Below are positions 25,701 to 36,527 of a stretch of DNA of 64,000 nt, in pieces (within the stretch, counting starts at the first letter, position 1; each line of letters opens with the position of its first letter). The translations under genes and the position numbers were made by a program. The notes below the pieces were generated by a model. The model saw only the letters and a program-made list of their open reading frames with translations. It ran no database searches and was not told where the DNA came from. Source of the stretch: Eledone cirrhosa (taxonomy: Eukaryota); assembly GCA_964016885.1 (NCBI GenBank), contig OZ024743.1, forward strand, positions 17,484,001 through 17,548,000, written 5' to 3'.

Positions 25701-28420
25701 TAAGGACGCGTTTAGCTTCCAGTAGCCGGGTCCTCGTCTATGAAGCCTATCTAAGTCAAGCACACAGATCACGAATTTGTGGTCCGTGTAGCTGACTATC
25801 TTGAATTATGGACAGCCTATGCTAGACCTATCGATTTCCCTACAAAATACTCTATCTAGATATGATCTGGATGACCCTATGCGATTTGTCCAAGTCCACA
25901 TTGGTACATTCGGGAAATCCAATCGGTACCTGTCAGACAGTTAAAAACGCCTGAGCAGTTTGGTGAGACTCTTGCACCCTCCTCCCCTATCCACTAATCC
26001 CACACAATCCCAGCGTGCATCTAAGATCCCGTTCCAGTCGCCCACTAACTCTAAAGAGCGGGACGTTCCAAGAAAGGTCTCCAGACGCCGGAAGATATCA
26101 GGCCGCCCTGCTCCTGTCGGGGCATAGAACGGCAACTAACCTGAAAGCTTTCCCGTCTCCGCTGGTCACGTCCAGCACCACCAACTTCCTTCTGGGTCCA
26201 GGAAGATGGCCCGTATGGCAAGATCCAAACCTCTCCGAAAAAGCACAGCAACTCCACTTCCCGATCCCGGATGGCTGGGAGATGCATACACATCGTAGCC
26301 GCCGAAGATCGGTGAGAAGGCCCGTGCTTCGGAGATTCTGGTCTCGCTGTTGGCCACAACATCTATGTTTAGTGACCTGAGGTCGTTGAGCAGGTGGCCC
26401 TGCTTTCATGACGACCCCAAGCCACGCGCATTTATGCTTCCTATTCTGAGTGAGGTCATGTTGAAATGGAGTGGAAAGATGGGAAAGACCACTTACCTTA
26501 CTTCTCGTAGAGGAATGACGGTTTTTCCATCCTTTTCACTACTTGTGGCCTCCTCAGGAAGGATGTCCTTATAAATCCTTATGGAGAGTTCTTGTCGGAA
26601 GTCTCCGATGTCTTTGGGGAAATTTTGTTTTAGTGTCATGTACGTTTTCCGTGTGATGCGAGTGATTTGTACGTGTGGAGGTGGTGTGGACTTTTGGGTT
26701 GTTGTGTAGTCTTTTTCTGTGATGCTGGTGTTGTGTTGGATGTAGTGTAATAATTGGTTGTTGTTCAAATTTAATGCTGTGTAGTGTGTATCGTTTTGCT
26801 TGTTTTGTTTTTTTTGCGTTTGTTGTGGGTTTGTTTCTGTTTCGCATTTTGGTGACTTTTGTGGTGTAGGTGATGGTGGTGTTGGGGTTAATGATGGTGA
26901 TGGTGTTGGTGTTTGGGGTGATGAGGTTGGTGATGCTGGTGTGGATGGTGGCATATATGTCCTAACTTTTTTGTTTGTTAATTTATTTGTTTCCCTCTGT
27001 ATTTTGTTTTTGGAGGGGGAAGGAAGATATTTTTTTTCTTTTTTGGTTTCTTTTTTTCTTTTTTCCTGATACCGTTTCCCACTCCTCGTCGTCACAATCT
27101 GTCTCCAGTTGTGATAGGCCGGGGAGTAGAAAATTCTCCACAGGCGTTAGTTTTGGTTGTGGCCTGGTGGATGGTGTAGGCGCTAGTGCTAGTTCTGAAG
27201 CGTTGGGTGGTGGTGGTGTTGGTTTTGCATGTGTTATAGTTGCTTCTGTTGTTGCTGCTACAGATGTTGCTGCCATCTCTGTTACTGGTGGTATTGATGG
27301 TTGAGTCACTGGGGTGGGTAGGCCTTAGGTGGGTTCCTTCACCACAAACAATACACCTAGGCCTTTTGCCCTCGACAATTACGGTGAGCTGGCTGCCGTC
27401 AGTGTGGTCTATTACCACTGGGATCTCCTCAATGCTTTTTTGGTCCGCTTAGATCAGGAGCTCCATCCCAGATCCGGAACTTCTCCTGCTTTTCTTTTGC
27501 TATTGCTATTGTCTTGGTGTTGGCTTCGATGCCGGCGAGGACGGCCGCTATTAGCCAGGGAATTTCGATGGCCGGTGGAACGTGGGTCACCCTGATCTTT
27601 ACGAGTTTCTGGCCACAATAGCTTGGGACGAGTGTGAAGTCGTCACTTCTTAATTGGGCCATGGAGTGTTCTCTAGCATCCTCTGGTGTTTCAAAGAACA
27701 CGTCCACGGTTCCATACTTCTGCCCACGTCTGATGTGGGTTTTTCTTGCCCACACATGTCCCAAAGCTTTTTGGATTTGGGACTCGGATGCCCGTTTCAC
27801 TCGGCGCGATTTTACATTAATTGTTCGATACGACACGGTGCATAGGCGCCGATGCTCCATTTTATTAGGTGGCGGGGGTGAGTCTGACCCTGTACCCATC
27901 TTTCTTTACCATTTATTGGGCATTTTCTAATTCCTCCTGAGTTACCTTAAATGCTTCGCACTGTTTTGCTACTCTGGCAAAACTCAGGTTGGTTTTTTTA
28001 ATGTCATTGTTGCTGTTGTTGTTATCGTTATTTTTGTTATTATTAATTTTAGTTTCAGTTGTGGTGGTGGTGACGTCAGTGGTGTTCGATTTGGAAGAGT
28101 CCATTTTGGTTGAAAACATTTCGACATCACGAGTTGATTTTTTTTCCTTTTGTTTCTGTTGTCGCGGTGGTGGCGGGGGGGGGGGCGGTGGTGGTGGTGG
28201 TGGTGGCGGCTTTAACACCTGCAGTCATTAGTAATTGCGGGAAATGAATGTCTGCCTCAGACAAATTTAAAATATTGCTAGTGCTTAAATTTTTTGTGTT
28301 GCCAAACGTAGTAATATTTACAATGGTGGTGTCGGTGTGAGGTGTTAGTTTGTGAGGAAGGCTATCAGCTGCTTGGTGCAGAGGTGAATTAGCCATTTTT
28401 TGTTAAAGAAATTTTTTGAT
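22798..28420 (-). mobile_element. L1/Tx1-clade LINE, near full length, decayed
   Basis: ORF1 about 28396-26493 with Pro/Thr-rich tracts and a degenerate knuckle (CIVCGEGTH). ORF2 from ATG 26459 has APE motifs (GSINARGL, ET, VGDWN, TDH) and RT motifs (KSPGLDGLP, RPITLLN, DQSKAF, RQGCPLS, HAD). AATAAA precedes an (ATT)n tail. Confidence 0.9.
23000..26459 (-). pseudogene. L1/Tx1 ORF2 (APE-RT), frameshifted
   Basis: ORF pieces 25941-26135, 24876-25493, 24432-24872, 24109-24315 and 23734-24084. Confidence 0.88.
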
Positions 28421-28601
28421 AATCATAAAGGTTTAAATTTGGGGCACAAGGCCCCAATTTTATGGGTGTCCTTTATGAAAACAATGTATGTGCACTTATA
28501 AACAGTTAACAATAACATTTTCCGTAAGTGGCAATTTTTAATAAACGGAAATAACAAACCTTTGCGGAGCTTACGATGATACGTTTACTACGTAGGTCGC
28601 C

Positions 28602-28641
<40 letters not shown>

Positions 28642-28645
<4 letters not shown>

Positions 28646-30357
28646 AGTCCTGGAAAACAGATTTAACATCAGCTGGAGAATCCTTTGGAGGCGTGAAGAT
28701 CAAGAGAGGTATCTTCCAGGGAGATAGTCTGTCCCCTCTGTTGTTTGTCCTTGCCCTGATGCCCTGACCATTATACTGCGAAAAGTGAGAGCAGAATACA
28801 AGTTGGGAAAGGGAGAGCTTACCATCAATCACCTCCTCTTCATGGACGATCTTAAACTCTTCGGGAAGAGTGAGAAGGAGTTGGATGTGCTAGTTGACAC
28901 TGTCCGTATTTTCAGCAATGATATATGTATGCAATTTGGTATTAGTAAGTGTGGAGTCCTTGTGATGAAGAGTTGGTAAATTGAGCAGAAGCAATGGAAT
29001 CCAGGTACCAACAGGTGAGATTATAAAGGAAATTGACACTGAAGAAGGATACAAGTATGTGGGTGTTCTGGATGCTGCTGACATCAAGAACAAAAGAAAT
29101 GAAGGAATTGATAATATATGTATACATTCGGAGAGTAAGGAGCGTATTAACGTCACATCTGAACAGTAGGAATGCCATAAGTGCAGTAAATTCCCGAGCT
29201 GTCTTTATTATTAGGTACAGTGCAGGAATTCTGAGAGGTAATGTTGCTGAACAAAAAGAAATAGATAGGAAGACTAGGAAGCTATTGACTATCTACAACA
29301 TGTTCCACAAGAGGAGTGATGTCGATAGACTCTACTTAAGGAGATCTGAAGGTGGAAGAGGTCTTTTTAGCATAGAGGACTTTCTTCAGATGGAGAAAAA
29401 CAACCTACACATATACGTGACTGATAGTAAGGAGCCAATGCTCAGAATTGTACTGAAGGAGAGGACAATAGGCCAGGGGATGGCCAAGGAGGAATTAACA
29501 ACAAGGAGAAAGAGCAGCCTTCAGGAAAAATCCCTTCATATTACCTTCTTTGAGAAAACTGAATTTAGAGATCCACAGACATGGAACTGGTTGAAAAGAG
29601 GAGACCTTAAAAAAGGCTACAGAAGGAATGCTAATGGCTGCGCAAGAGCTGGGACTAAAAACGAAGTGGCTGAAACACCATATTTACAAGGAGGAGCCTA
29701 GCCCACTGTGCATGATCTGTTGAGAAAGAGAGGAGACTGTGGATCACATTGTATCCGAGTGTAAATACCTAGCCCAGACGCACTATAAGGGCTGGGGACA
29801 TGATGTGATGGGCAGGGTGATCCACTGGCACCTATAAAAAGTAAATAATTTACCACATTCTGAGAAGTGGTATGAGCATAAGCCAGAGTCGGTGATAGAT
29901 AACGATCAGATAAAGGTGCTGTGGGATTTTAGGATACAGACGGACAAAAAACTGGAACACAATCGACCTGACCTGGTGGTTTTGGACAAGGAAAAAAGAT
30001 CGTGCCTGATTGTGGATGTGGCCTGCCCATTCGACGCGAGAGTGCAAGAGAAGGAGAGGGAGGAAATTAACTTATACCAGGAATAAAAGTGGGAGGTGAA
30101 AAGGATTTGGAACTGCCATGAAGTCAAAGTGATCCCGATTGTCATAGGCGCACTGGGGAGTATCTCCAAAGGTTTCCAGGGATGGTTAAAGAAAATTGGC
30201 CGTGCCACGCTTTTTGGAACGCTTGAAAAGGCAAGCTTGCTGGGAACAGCAAGAACCCTCCGATACGTCCTGAATAATGAGGCTGCAGGTAGTGGCTTGA
30301 TATTCATTTCAACAAACTTTCCAGTTAAATAACATCAATGACTGAGACTCAAAGAAC
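28642..30357 (+). mobile_element. R4/Dong-type family B, copy B1 (5'-truncated, decayed)
   Basis: IFQGDSLSPLLF, HLLFMDDLKLF, NRPDLVV; homologous to 41251-42965; (TAA)n on both sides. Confidence 0.92.
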
Positions 30358-30399
30358 AATAATAATAATAATATTAATAATAATAATAATAATAATAAC

Positions 30400-33364
30400 A
30401 AAAAAGAATGAACAGAGAAACAAACGGACGGACAGAGAAAGGAAGGGAAAAACTAAGTCAGAAATTCGAACACTACATTACAATGAAACTTATGCTTATT
30501 CATTTTTAGGGTTTTTTCTGGCTGTTTGTTTGTTTGTTTATTTGTGTTCGTCTACAGCGTGATAATGCCACACAAGAGCCACGTGGAGTTACACAACCAC
30601 CGGTGGCGGTGAATCCACCGGTGGTTATGTAACCATACATTCGCGAATCCTCGATACGAGTGTTTAAATGTCGAAACTAAACAGTTCGAATAACGGTGAA
30701 ATGGAGACTAGAACGTCATGTGACAGACTCTCACCCAACAGGTGCTCCCTGGCTCAGCAGCAGGGACCTGGCTGTCAACCAAATACTGCTGGTGTCGGAG
30801 GAAGAAGAAGAAGGAAAGGGACCAGAACCAACTGGACGAAAGAATTGAATAGAACTGTTATGCAATGTTACCTGATAAGTAGTCCCAAGGAGAGGGGCTA
30901 TAGGAAACGGATGCATAACATCTGGAACGAGATTGGTCTATTTAAATTAGATGAACAAAAATTGGCCGGGCAGGCTCGGGTAATAAGAACTAATGGGTGG
31001 ATAAGCGAGCAGGAACTGGAGGAACTGAGCAGAGAGATTAGCTTGGAGATGGAGGGTGAAGTATGCCAGGCAAACGAGCCAGTGGGAAATGAAGGTGAAG
31101 GGTCGAGAGAAAGGAGGAACCACCCGAAGCAGACAATGATCTGAATACTGAGATAAATAATACCTGGAACAGAGATACGGCCACTGAGGAGATGAATGCT
31201 GATGGGCTAGGACAAGATTTGGTAGATATCCTAAACTTAGTGGTAGATGAATTGAACAATGATAGTGGGAGACCTCTGAACCTAAGATGTGTAGACAGGA
31301 AAAAATTAAAAGAAACAACAGCTAAGGTAAACAAAGTCATCCCATACCTTGAGGCGAGGAGCCTTCACCAGTGCAAAACTATCTTCAAAGCAACAGCAAA
31401 TACAGTGAGGAAACTACTTGGCATAAAAGCGAGAGGAAACAACAGACAAGAAAGAGCAGAGCCTTGGTGGAAGAAACGATTGAGTGGTCAAATCAAGGAA
31501 ATGAGAAATGTCATTGGAAAGCTTGAGTCCCTACTGAATGGGACACTAAAAAAACATAGACACTAAAAATAGACTGGAAATAAAGTACAAAACTCGGAGG
31601 AAAAAGCTAAATATTATCATAGAGGAACTGAAGCAACGCATTGTAGCAAAGAGTGCAAAAACCAGGCGATACGAGAACAGAGCCAGTCAGTATAAACAGA
31701 ACCGCATGTTCGACAACAACCAGAAGATGCTGTTTGGACAGCTTGAAGGGAAAGAAAGAGGCAACGTCTTGATCCCTGAGGCGGAACAAACTAAAACATT
31801 CTGGAGAGGAATATGGGAGCAGGATGTTAGACATAATGACCAGGCAGTGTGGATTGAGACAGTACAGAAGGAGATCAGTGAACAGGTACACCAACAAACT
31901 GATTTGAGTATCACAGTTGAAACTCTTAAGGGGCAGGCCAATAAACTAACCAACTGGAAATCACCAGGCCCAGATGGTGTGCAGGGGTATTGGATTAAAA
32001 ATATAAAATCCCTCCACCCGAAACTGACAACCATGTTCAATGACTGTTTGATGTCAGGTGAGGTACCAGAGTGGTTGTCAAAAGGTACCACAGTTCTGAT
32101 AATGAAAGTCCGAATCAAGGGTAATGATGTTACCAACTATAGACCTATCACATGTCTGTCCGTAATGTGGAAACTGTTGACGAGCATTGTGTCTGAGGAA
32201 ATCTACCATCACCTCCACACAAACAACTTATTACCGGACGAACAGAAAGGATGCCGAAAGAAGTCACGTGGTACAAAGGACCAGTTACTTATTGATAAGA
32301 TGGTAATGGGGAATTGCAAGAGGAGACACACTGATCTTGCCATGGGATGGATAGACTATAGAAAGGCATTTGACATGGTGCCTCATTCTTGGATCATCAA
32401 AAGCCTGGAGATCTTCAAGGTGGCAGATAACATCAGAGAGTTGTTGGGTAAAAGTATGAGGTCCTGGGAAACAGAGTTGACATCAACTGGAGAATCCTTG
32501 GGAAGCGTGAAGATCAAGAGAGGTATCTTCCAGGGAGATAGCCTGTCCCCTCTGCTGTTTGTCCTTGCACTGATGCCCCTGACCAGTGTACTGCGAAAAG
32601 TGAGAGCAGGATACAGGTTAGGAAAGGGAGGGCTTACTATCAGTCACCTCCTCTTCATGGACTATCTTAAGCTCTTCGGGAAGAGTGAGAAGGAGTTGGA
32701 TGTGCTTGTTGACACTGTCCGTATTTTCAGCAGTGATATATGTATGCAATCTGGTATTAGTAAGTGTGGAGTCATTGTGATGAGGAGGGGTAGGTTGCCC
32801 ACTATAAGGGCTGGAGACATGATGTGATGGGCAGGGTGATCCACTGGCACCTGTGGAAAGAAAACATGTACCACATTCTGAGAAATGGTATGAGCATAAG
32901 CCAGAGGCGGTGATAGAGAACGATCAGGTGAAGGTGCTGTGGGATTTTAGGATACAGACGGACAAGAAACTGGAAAACAATAGACCTGACCTGGTGGTTG
33001 TGGACAAAGAAAAAAGATCGTGTCTGATTGTAGATGTGGCCTGCCCATTCGACATAGAGTGCAAGAGAAGGAGAGGGAGAAAATTAACCGATACCAGGAC
33101 TTAAAGTGGAAGGTAAAAAGGATTTGGAACTGCCATGAAGTCAAAGTGATCCCGATTGTCATAGGCGCACTGGGGACTATCTCCAAAAGTTTCCAGGGAT
33201 GGTTAAAGAAAATCGGCCCTTTCAGGCTTTTTGGAACGCTTCAAAAGGCATGCTTGCTGGGAACAGCAAGAACCCTCCGATACGTCCTGAATATCTGAGG
33301 CTGCAGGTAGTGGCTTGATATTCATTCCAACAAACTTTCCAGTTAATGACTGAGACTCAAGGAG
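30400..33364 (+). mobile_element. R4/Dong-type family B, copy B2; retains its 5' end, ~0.8 kb internal deletion
   Basis: ATG 30668 with a Myb-like NWTKELNRTVMQCY, PWWKKRL and RT (31706-32795), then jumps directly to the RLE region. The 5' boundary is uncertain. Confidence 0.9.
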
Positions 33365-35397
33365 TAATAACAATAATAACTGAATACACATATGACCACC
33401 TGATAACAAATGACCTATTTCCCATTGAGCAGAAAGGGTGTAAACGAGGCTCATATGGCTGTAAGGATCAGCTTCTGGTTAACAAAATGATACTGGAAGA
33501 TTGTCATAATAGACACAAAAATTTATCGATTGCTTGGATAGATTATAAAAAAGCATTTGATAGTTTGCCACACAGTTGGATTGAAAAATGTTTAGAGATT
33601 TTCAAAATATCCCCCGTTATCAGGAGGTTTTTGTCATTCAGTATGAGGACATGGAGAACGACACTCCTTTTGAATAGTGAAACAAAATCACTGGAAGCTG
33701 GAGAAGTTAACATTAATTGTGGAATTTTTCAGGGTGACTCTATATCACCGCTTTTATTCTGCATCGCACTTATACCATTAACTAAAATGCTCAATGAAAC
33801 AAAACATGGATATAGAGTCTATGACAAAACCATTAATCACCTGTTCTACATGGATGACCTGAAACTATTTGCAAAAAATGATGAACAATTGCAAGGCCTA
33901 TTATCCACTGTGAAGCAGTTCAGTGATGACATTAAAATGGAGTTTGGACTGGATAAATGCGCCAAAGCAACGTTCACCAGAGGAAAGCTGCTGAAGAGTT
34001 CAGACATTAATCTTGATCGGGGGAACGTGATAAGAGAGCTTGACCAAGAACAAACTTACAAATATCTAGGTGTTTGTGAAGGAGACGGAATCAAGCACTC
34101 GACAATGAGGGAAAGGATAAGGAAGGAATGTTACCGCAGAGTCAGAGCAATCTTAAGAACGGAATTGAATGCAAGGAATAGGATCGATGCCATAAACACG
34201 CTTGCCATACCAGTAGTAACCTACAGTTACAATGTCATCAACTGGTCAAGCACACAGATCCGTAGGCTCGATACAAAAATCCGAAAATTCTTAACCATGC
34301 ACAGAATGCATCACCCTAAGGCAGACATAGATAGAATATATCTCCCTAGGAAAGAAGGAGGACGTGGGTTAATCCAGTTAGACATTGCGTTGAAAACTGC
34401 AACAATTGGATTATCCACATATCTAAGGGAATCACATGATTGGATGATCAAACTCGTTTTGAAACACGAAAGCACCAAAAGATCATATTCCATTACAAAA
34501 GATGCCCAAAGATACAGTAATGGACTACAAATTTCAGAAGTCCCATTTACTGCTGAAATGGAAAACACAGAAAAAGCAAAGCAGGTAAAATTAACTGCAA
34601 AGAAAGAACTGCTACAGAAACTGGCTAAGAAATGGCAAGAAAAGCCTCTGTATGGAAAATACCCACAACGAGCTAACAATCCTGATGTTGACAAAACTTT
34701 AACCCATCAGTCCTTGGCATCCTCTGGACTGAAATCGGAGACTGAAGGACTGATTATATTCGCACAAGATCAGTGTCTGCCAACAACAAATTACCAAGCC
34801 AACATAATAAGAAATGGGTGCAGCCCATTATGCCGTGTATGCAAAAAACAACCAGAGACCATTGACCATATAATTTCAATGTGCAGTCCTATAGCTCCAA
34901 CCGAATACCTAAACAGGCATGACAGAGCTGCACAATACATACATTGGATAATGTGCAAGCATTTTTACCTGCCCCATCAAAAGAATTGTTGGGAGCATCA
35001 ACCACCTCCCATACTTGAAAAAGATCACATCTCAATCTTGTGGAACTTTAGCATCCAAACAGACCGAAATATAGATGCAAATAGACCTGATATAATATTG
35101 AAGGACTTTCAAAGGAGGGTATGCCTGCTAATTGATATGTCTGTTCCAATAGACAAGAATGTATCTATAAAGACATTTGAAAAATTGAGCAAGTATAAGG
35201 ACCTGGAGATAGAAATTGGAAAAATGTGGAAATTGAGAACTAAAACAATACCAGTGGTTGTAGGCGCTCTGGGAATGATACCTAAGGGGTCTAACGACTA
35301 CTTATCGCAAATCCCAGGAAACCCGCGTATAGGAGAAATACAAAAGATAGTACTAATGGGAACTGCCCATATACTAAGGAAGATCCTGTCAATATAA
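33346..35397 (+). CDS. RT + CCHC knuckle + RLE endonuclease (683-aa open frame; first ~11 codons come from the B2 3' UTR/tail)
   Basis: EQKGC, WIDYKKAFD, QGDSISPLLF, YMDD, CRVC..ETIDHIISMC, RHD, RPD, LIDMSVP, KLSKYKDL. Confidence 0.85.
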   Translation: MTETQGVITIITEYTYDHLITNDLFPIEQKGCKRGSYGCKDQLLVNKMILEDCHNRHKNLSIAWIDYKKAFDSLPHSWIEKCLEIFKISPVIRRFLSFSMRTWRTTLLLNSETKSLEAGEVNINCGIFQGDSISPLLFCIALIPLTKMLNETKHGYRVYDKTINHLFYMDDLKLFAKNDEQLQGLLSTVKQFSDDIKMEFGLDKCAKATFTRGKLLKSSDINLDRGNVIRELDQEQTYKYLGVCEGDGIKHSTMRERIRKECYRRVRAILRTELNARNRIDAINTLAIPVVTYSYNVINWSSTQIRRLDTKIRKFLTMHRMHHPKADIDRIYLPRKEGGRGLIQLDIALKTATIGLSTYLRESHDWMIKLVLKHESTKRSYSITKDAQRYSNGLQISEVPFTAEMENTEKAKQVKLTAKKELLQKLAKKWQEKPLYGKYPQRANNPDVDKTLTHQSLASSGLKSETEGLIIFAQDQCLPTTNYQANIIRNGCSPLCRVCKKQPETIDHIISMCSPIAPTEYLNRHDRAAQYIHWIMCKHFYLPHQKNCWEHQPPPILEKDHISILWNFSIQTDRNIDANRPDIILKDFQRRVCLLIDMSVPIDKNVSIKTFEKLSKYKDLEIEIGKMWKLRTKTIPVVVGALGMIPKGSNDYLSQIPGNPRIGEIQKIVLMGTAHILRKILSI

Positions 35398-35541
35398 GTA
35401 CATCACAAGTCTAAACACTAAGGATGCATGTGTGAATATGTGTGTTCTTTCTTGAACATGGCGGACCTTGTTGTCTCTTGAGGTCACTGGTTGTGACTTG
35501 GTGATAACTCGTATAAACATAAAGCAAGATAAATGCAAATA
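33377..35541 (+). mobile_element. R4/Dong-type family A, copy A2 (5'-truncated)
   Basis: Starts inside the short TAA tail of B2; matches A3 from 38321 onward. Confidence 0.93.
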
Positions 35542-36411
35542 CTAATAATAATAAGATAAGGGAAGAAGACGCACGAGGTGGTAGAAGGTCTTGAAATCGC
35601 TCCCGTAAGTTTTTGATTTTTAACATATTTAAATCAATCGTGAAATAACAATTCTTAGTACAAATGTTGCATCAACCACCGAATCAAGTCCCATAAATTT
35701 TCGGATCCATATTATATTGTTATATCGCTCAAATATTCAACTTTGTATTATATATTTTGTATTCAAAAAAGAAAATGGTTATAAATGGAAGAAAACACCC
35801 TCTGTCTACACTATATAGAACAGCCAAATAACAGCAATTTCACCAACACCAGAAACTTGATACACCACCTACCCCATCACACTAAATATAACAGCCAGGT
35901 AACGGCAATTTCACCACCACCACCACCAATCCCAGCATCATAATAATAATTACTATTATTATTGTCTCAATTTTTAACAAAATGTTTAATTCCAATTTTA
36001 CAGGAATATGTCAACACAATATATATTAAACATACGCGACACACACTCATAGATACTACATATCACAAAGCTCAGTAACGACAACGCCACCGCCGCCACC
36101 ACTCCATCCATCATTGCTACCACTATCCCATCACCGCCGCCACCACTCCTTCATTGCTACCACCCCTATTCCCCTGTTAACTTGAGAGAGACAGGGGAAG
36201 GTGGCGGTATCACTAGACAAGGGAGAGGCTAGTAAAAGATATAAATAGATTGACTTAGTGACCTGGCCACCGGCCAAACGTCAACATCAACAACTATGGC
36301 ACTGCTTGCTCACCCCTTCCTCACCAACAATATAAAAATCCCCAGCACCACCATTGACATAGCCAACAACAATAACAGGCAACTTCAGCAAAAAGTATAT
36401 TATATTATTGT

Positions 36412-36460
36412 AATGCACTGGGTGATTGCTGGCCTTGTGCCTGGAGTGGAAACAATTATT
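36412..36460 (+). mobile_element. SINE 3' tail fragment
   Basis: gtaatgcactgggtgattgctggccttgtgcctggagtggaaacaattatt is the reverse complement of the SINE tail at 47506. Confidence 0.75.
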
Positions 36461-36527
36461 AATAATTTCATTCTTAAGCCACGCAATGCTCACATTAAGG
36501 AACCACTCATGATAATAAAAAAAAAAT

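Noticed and set aside
30640-30700. HDV-like ribozyme around tcctcg
   Set aside because: P1, P1.1 and P3 could not be completed.
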